Shown here: piece after piece, positions 15,082-18,743 of the stretch
How positions within the stretch are numbered: the stretch's first letter is position 1
How the letters are laid out: every line of letters starts with the position of its first letter
DNA from: a virus
Strand: one strand, 5' to 3'
DNA length: 18,743 nt
Virus genome (UHGV): UHGV-0092215
Made by a program: the position numbers and the translations under genes
The notes under the pieces: model-generated
What the model was told of the DNA's origin: nothing
What the model saw: only the letters and a program-made list of their open reading frames with translations
Databases searched by the model: none

Positions 15082-15387
15082 ATGAAACACGAAGACTATG
15101 ACGACCGTAAAGATTTGCACCTTTGGTTCGGCCTTTCCTATGCAGCGTTTCTGGTGATGCCTCGCGTAGCAATGATGCAAATGCCGAAGGAATGGCAAGA
15201 GAAGATGGCTGAACTGCTAAACCAATACGACGAAACCATTAATACGTCAGCATTTGGGGTGAAGGGTTGCCGCGTTCAAGCCCTTACCGGGGAAGGCAAA
15301 ATGATGAAGATGCCAGAGGAGTTGCTTAATTACCGACATCCCTCTCCAGAAACTAGGGCGTCACTGCTGAAAGAGAAAGGGAAATGA
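15082..15387 (+). CDS. hypothetical protein (101 aa)
   Basis: ATG 15082 with GGGGAG RBS 5 nt upstream (ORF-track start 15076 is GTG); no family assigned. Confidence 0.55.
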   Translation: MKHEDYDDRKDLHLWFGLSYAAFLVMPRVAMMQMPKEWQEKMAELLNQYDETINTSAFGVKGCRVQALTGEGKMMKMPEELLNYRHPSPETRASLLKEKGK

Positions 15388-15388
15388 C

Positions 15389-15766
15389 ATGGCACTCACG
15401 AAGAAACAACGCGCAGAGCTGCGTATGAAATTCGGTGGTCGCTGTGCTTATTGTGGCTGCGAACTTGGCGAAAAATGGCATGCAGACCATGTAGAAGCGG
15501 TACGAAGAAATATCAGCAACGGCTACGCAATGGACAGGCCAGAAAATGACACGGTCAGCAACATGGTTCCAGCATGCATTCCATGTAACTTGTTCAAAAT
15601 GTGCAGCACAGTAGAAGACTTTCGCAGCCGCATAGCCACTCAGGTTGATGTAACTCGCCGTGCGTCAAGAAGTTACCGCACAGCGGAATCATTTGGCCTG
15701 GTTAAACAGACTAACGCGCCAGTTGTGTTCTGGTTTGAGCAGTATCAAGAAGGGGCTACGGCATGA
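15389..15766 (+). CDS. HNH endonuclease
   Basis: CAYCGCEL...WHADHVEAV...N...VPACIPCNLFK is a classic HNH / zinc-finger nuclease motif; 125 aa. Confidence 0.8.
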   Translation: MALTKKQRAELRMKFGGRCAYCGCELGEKWHADHVEAVRRNISNGYAMDRPENDTVSNMVPACIPCNLFKMCSTVEDFRSRIATQVDVTRRASRSYRTAESFGLVKQTNAPVVFWFEQYQEGATA

Positions 15767-16089
15767 CAACTAACAAACAGGATTTAGACGACGCACTGGA
15801 CTTTGACCTTTTTGAAGGTGATTTCGGTACGCCATGCGATACCGAACTATCGAACAAAATTGTTACCTCTCGCGGTGAATACAAATGTCACATTTGCGCT
15901 GGCGAAATTTTAAAGGGTGAAAGCCATCGTAGTACGACGTGGAAATTCGACGGCGAACTCATGTCATATCGGTGCTGCAACGAGTGCTGTGTGGCAATGG
16001 TTAAAAGCGTCAATTGTGAATACGAAGAAGAAGACCCGATAGAAGCGCGTTACGCGCTGGGCCATCAACGCAGAGGATGGGCAGCATGA
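15763..16089 (+). CDS. Cys-rich putative zinc-binding protein (108 aa)
   Basis: ATG overlaps the HNH stop (ATGA) with AAGGGG RBS; CHICAGE...CCNECC motifs; no family assigned. Confidence 0.6.
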   Translation: MTTNKQDLDDALDFDLFEGDFGTPCDTELSNKIVTSRGEYKCHICAGEILKGESHRSTTWKFDGELMSYRCCNECCVAMVKSVNCEYEEEDPIEARYALGHQRRGWAA

Positions 16090-16790
16090 CAACTAACAAC
16101 CACCCGGCGCACGGTCCTGTATCACTCGATCGCCTGCACCAGATACGCGAAATACTCAGCAAAGCATCAGCACAAAGCGACGGCGGCAATCTCGGATACG
16201 CAATTGCTGATGCTGTGAAGGTGATTGATGGGGTGCTATCCATTCCGTCGACTCTACCATGTCCAGTGCATCTTGAGACGGGTCTTAAATTCGGCAAAGG
16301 TGTGCGCACTCAGTGCGTACTGGACGCATTGCGACGCCGTGCTGACTATTACGCTGAACTGGAAGCCATGACGCCGGAACAGCGAGCCGAACATGATGCA
16401 GGTATCGAAGCAATTAAAGCGATGTTGCCGAAGCCAGCCCAGCCGGATATTGAAATGCTGGCCTCTGCACTGACTAACGCTCCGTTAGCGCCGTCAGATA
16501 GGCAGGGCAGACCGAGAGCGCCGGTGGTGCCGGAGGAATGCAAAGAAGCACCTGCGTACGTCAAAGCACTGACGAAAGAGGGGGCGTATATCTATGGATT
16601 TAACGCCTGCCGCGCCGCCATGCTTCAGGCTGGCAACTCTCCGGTAACTCCGGATGGTTGGCAATTGGTTCCGAAAGAACCTACAGCAGCGATGAATAAA
16701 GCTGGCTGGGACGCAATGAACGAACATGATGCAATTAACCCGACGTATAGAGCTATGCTCGCAGCAGCACCGCAGCAGGAGAATGTATAA
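16086..16790 (+). CDS. hypothetical protein (234 aa)
   Basis: ATG 16086 overlaps the upstream stop (ATGA) with GAGG 9 nt upstream; Ala/Pro-rich middle; no family assigned. Confidence 0.6.
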   Translation: MTTNNHPAHGPVSLDRLHQIREILSKASAQSDGGNLGYAIADAVKVIDGVLSIPSTLPCPVHLETGLKFGKGVRTQCVLDALRRRADYYAELEAMTPEQRAEHDAGIEAIKAMLPKPAQPDIEMLASALTNAPLAPSDRQGRPRAPVVPEECKEAPAYVKALTKEGAYIYGFNACRAAMLQAGNSPVTPDGWQLVPKEPTAAMNKAGWDAMNEHDAINPTYRAMLAAAPQQENV

Positions 16791-17331
16791 CGTGAACAAT
16801 TTAATGATCGACCTTGAGTCCATGGGCAAAAGACCGAATGCCCCTATCGTCTCCATTGGTGCCGTGTTCTTCGATCCGCAAAGCGGTGAACTGGGTCAGG
16901 AGTTTTACACCGCCGTTAACCTTGAAAGCGCTATGGAGCAGGGAGCGGTGCCGGATGGTGACACTATTCTGTGGTGGTTAAGACAAAGCTCAGAAGCGCG
17001 ATCAGCAATCTGTGTTGATGATGCGATGCCGATATCGTCTGCCCTATCTGAACTGAGCCATTTCATTAATCGGCATTCTGATAACCCAAAATATTTAAAA
17101 GTTTGGGGCAATGGAGCTACTTTCGACAACGTTATATTGCGCGGCGCATATGAGCGCGCCGGCCAGGTTTGCCCGTGGCAATTTTGGAACGATCACGACG
17201 TCAGAACCATCGTCACATTAGGCAGAGTTGTGGGTTTCGATCCAAAGCGAGATATGCCATTCGATGGGGTTGCACATAACGCACTGGCCGATGCGCGACA
17301 TCAAGCAAAATACGTGTCCGCGATCTGGTAG
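16783..17331 (+). CDS. DEDDh-type 3'-5' exonuclease (DnaQ-like fold)
   Basis: LMIDLESMG (Exo I-like acidic motif), WGNGATFDN and HNALADA (Exo III-like His) from the sequence; start ambiguous among ATG 16783, GTG 16792 and ATG 16804. Confidence 0.7.
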   Translation: MYNVNNLMIDLESMGKRPNAPIVSIGAVFFDPQSGELGQEFYTAVNLESAMEQGAVPDGDTILWWLRQSSEARSAICVDDAMPISSALSELSHFINRHSDNPKYLKVWGNGATFDNVILRGAYERAGQVCPWQFWNDHDVRTIVTLGRVVGFDPKRDMPFDGVAHNALADARHQAKYVSAIW

Positions 17332-17402
17332 AAGTTGATTCCGGCCACCAGCAGAGACCTGTAATTTCCCCTGGGTGCAGCCAGGTTGTATGGAGAACGT
17401 CT

Positions 17403-17675
17403 ATGAATACTTTGTTTTTACTTATGGCTGAGTTCAACACGCCTAACATCGAGCTGTCAGCGGTATGCCAAAAGTATTTCGGTATGAGCCCTAACACAGC
17501 AGAAGCGAAAGCAAATGCCTGTCAGTTGCCGATCCCGACTTACCGTGTAGGAACATCACAGAAAGCGAAGCGCTGTATCAACATTCAGGATCTTGCTGAG
17601 TATATAGACCAACGGCGAGAAGAAGGCAGAATTGAATGGGAGAAAGTAAGAACAAATAGGCAAAGAAATAACTAA
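17403..17675 (+). CDS. xis: excisionase-like DNA-binding protein (PrtN/pyocin-activator family)
   Basis: MNTLFLLMAEF...VCQKYFGMSPNTAEAK...LPIPTYRVGTSQKAKRCINIQDLAEYIDQRR matches the PrtN-type excisionase pattern I recall; GGAG RBS 7 nt upstream. Confidence 0.7.
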   Translation: MNTLFLLMAEFNTPNIELSAVCQKYFGMSPNTAEAKANACQLPIPTYRVGTSQKAKRCINIQDLAEYIDQRREEGRIEWEKVRTNRQRNN

Positions 17676-17681
17676 CCTCAC

Positions 17682-17710
17682 AAAAAAACCCGCTTCGGCG
17701 GGTTAGTTTT
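17682..17710. terminator. bidirectional intrinsic terminator between convergent xis and the YafO-like gene
   Basis: AACCCGC-TTCG-GCGGGTT with a 7-A run upstream (a 7-U run on the minus-strand RNA) and AGTTTTCATCTTT downstream. Confidence 0.7.
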
Positions 17711-18137
17711 CATCTTTATAATTCTGTGCAATTCGCGCTAGATAGCTCATCACATCATGTTTTCTTGCTTTTCCATGTGCATCGGGATGCATAATAGCGA
17801 TGAGTGAATATTTATTCTCATAAAGCTCACCTTGAACATACACAAGACAAGCATCATTGTTAGGATCCCCTTTCTTACAGACCCTATCCGGCTGTGGACG
17901 ATTCCCTGGAAACTTGTTTGGCGGTAGACAAAGATGGATATGCATCAACCCAGCCCGGAAAGCGCCATAAGGCTGAGTATACGCAACGTCCCTACCGAAG
18001 TATTGCGGAAGCTCACCAGTCGCTTTGTATCTCAGGAAATCATCGATAATAGAAGCCTCTAGCTCCGGAAATTTGAGAAATACTTCATCAAAAAATTCAG
18101 CTTTGGTTGCTGGATTAATAGAGGCTTCTAAGTGCAC
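17703..18137 (-). CDS. YafO-family toxin-like protein (putative ribosome-dependent mRNA interferase homolog)
   Basis: 144 aa with GTG start; resembles E. coli YafO as I recall it (DDFLRYKATGELPQYFGRDVAY vs ADFISYKRDGVLPDIFGRDALY; HIHL; LVYVQG; LIAIMHPDAH); AT-rich relative to neighbours. Confidence 0.6.
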   Translation of the reverse strand: MHLEASINPATKAEFFDEVFLKFPELEASIIDDFLRYKATGELPQYFGRDVAYTQPYGAFRAGLMHIHLCLPPNKFPGNRPQPDRVCKKGDPNNDACLVYVQGELYENKYSLIAIMHPDAHGKARKHDVMSYLARIAQNYKDEN

Positions 18138-18153
18138 AGTCGTCCGCTATCGG

Positions 18154-18693
18154 TTAGTGAAATTGCATCGATTTTAGCTTATTTGAAGTGTAACTAGCTA
18201 GTGCTGCAATTCCTTCAAGATCCGCGCTTCCGTTAAAAGTAACAGTTTCTTTAAACATGCTCTTAATGTAACTGTTAAGACGAGTGACAGATGAACGAGC
18301 TTTAGCAATATGACGCCAGTAAACCTTCAGTTCTGACCTGATAAATTCAGGCAGAGGAGATTCAATTGTACGCTTCACTTCTTCTTCAAAAGCACGCAGA
18401 AACATTTCACATGCCTCTGTCGTATCTGTCCCGTTTTTGGTAACGAACTCACGAGCTTCTTGGCTATTAAGATCAATCAAACCGATATAGTAGTCATCTG
18501 CTGCGATAGTTAACTTTTGCAAGATCTCTTTACCCTCTTCCATTTTGCGTGAGAATTCCTCAACGGTAGGAGAGTGTTTAAAAGGTTTTGCAATCACGGG
18601 GGCTGGCTGGATGATGAACTCCTGCGCCATAGCAGCAGGACAAGCCAGAGGCCCGCACAATGCAGCAAAAGTAATGGCGTTAAACGGATTCAT
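18154..18693 (-). CDS. hypothetical secreted/periplasmic protein (179 aa) with N-terminal signal peptide
   Basis: ATG 18691-18693 with GAGG RBS 5 nt upstream; hydrophobic N-terminus ending AMA-QEF (AxA-type cleavage site); AT-rich; no family assigned. Confidence 0.6.
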   Translation of the reverse strand: MNPFNAITFAALCGPLACPAAMAQEFIIQPAPVIAKPFKHSPTVEEFSRKMEEGKEILQKLTIAADDYYIGLIDLNSQEAREFVTKNGTDTTEACEMFLRAFEEEVKRTIESPLPEFIRSELKVYWRHIAKARSSVTRLNSYIKSMFKETVTFNGSADLEGIAALASYTSNKLKSMQFH

Positions 18694-18743
18694 AGCAACC
18701 TCGACAGTTTTACTTACTAAGCAATAGCCTTGGCTATTTGGAG

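Noticed and set aside
14354-15198. Minus-strand ORFs 14354..14791, 14584..14778, 14875..15198 and 14909..15172
   Set aside because: Antisense to the Ea22-like and following genes; low-complexity translations.
16010-17129. Minus-strand ORFs 16010..16309, 16349..16564, 16494..16856 and 16905..17129
   Set aside because: Antisense to the plus-strand operon genes that carry recognisable motifs.
17213-17497. Minus-strand 94 aa ORF
   Set aside because: Overlaps the exonuclease 3' end and xis 5' end antisense; no RBS.
1-18743. CRISPR array, rRNA, integrase or transposase
   Set aside because: No regularly spaced direct repeats with unique spacers; no rRNA-like or intact tRNA-like sequence; no ORF with tyrosine or serine recombinase or transposase motifs in this window.

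Overview
The window reads as one contiguous segment of a lambdoid (lambda-like) enterobacterial prophage, gene-dense on both strands, with no rRNA, tRNA or CRISPR array that I can support. All family assignments come from motifs I recognise by eye; no database search or computation was run, and gene starts are best guesses. Several ORF-track starts are GTG/TTG, so I moved some to internal ATGs with better ribosome-binding sites (RBS). Minus strand, read from high to low coordinate: cro-like, CII-like, replication initiator with internal iteron repeats, Dam-like methyltransferase (MTase), RusA, antirepressor-like protein, DUF968-like protein, Q-like antiterminator, a putative late promoter and strong terminator, a small winged-helix protein, a second DPPY-motif MTase, then a lysis cassette (holin, second membrane protein, GH19 endolysin, overlapping spanin pair) and two further genes. 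Plus strand: CI repressor with its own terminator, a small ClpX-zinc-finger-like protein, a ~650 bp ORF-free structured region, then a tightly coupled early-left operon (RdgC, HD hydrolase, Ea22-like, HNH nuclease, Cys-rich protein, DEDDh exonuclease) ending in an excisionase-like gene. The right edge holds a convergent AT-rich cassette: a YafO-family toxin homolog with no recognisable antitoxin, next to a signal-peptide protein. The best candidates for something undescribed are the ClpX-zinc-finger-like gene with its antisense zinc-ribbon ORF, the ORF-free structured region, the orphan YafO cassette, and the late-operon MTase.
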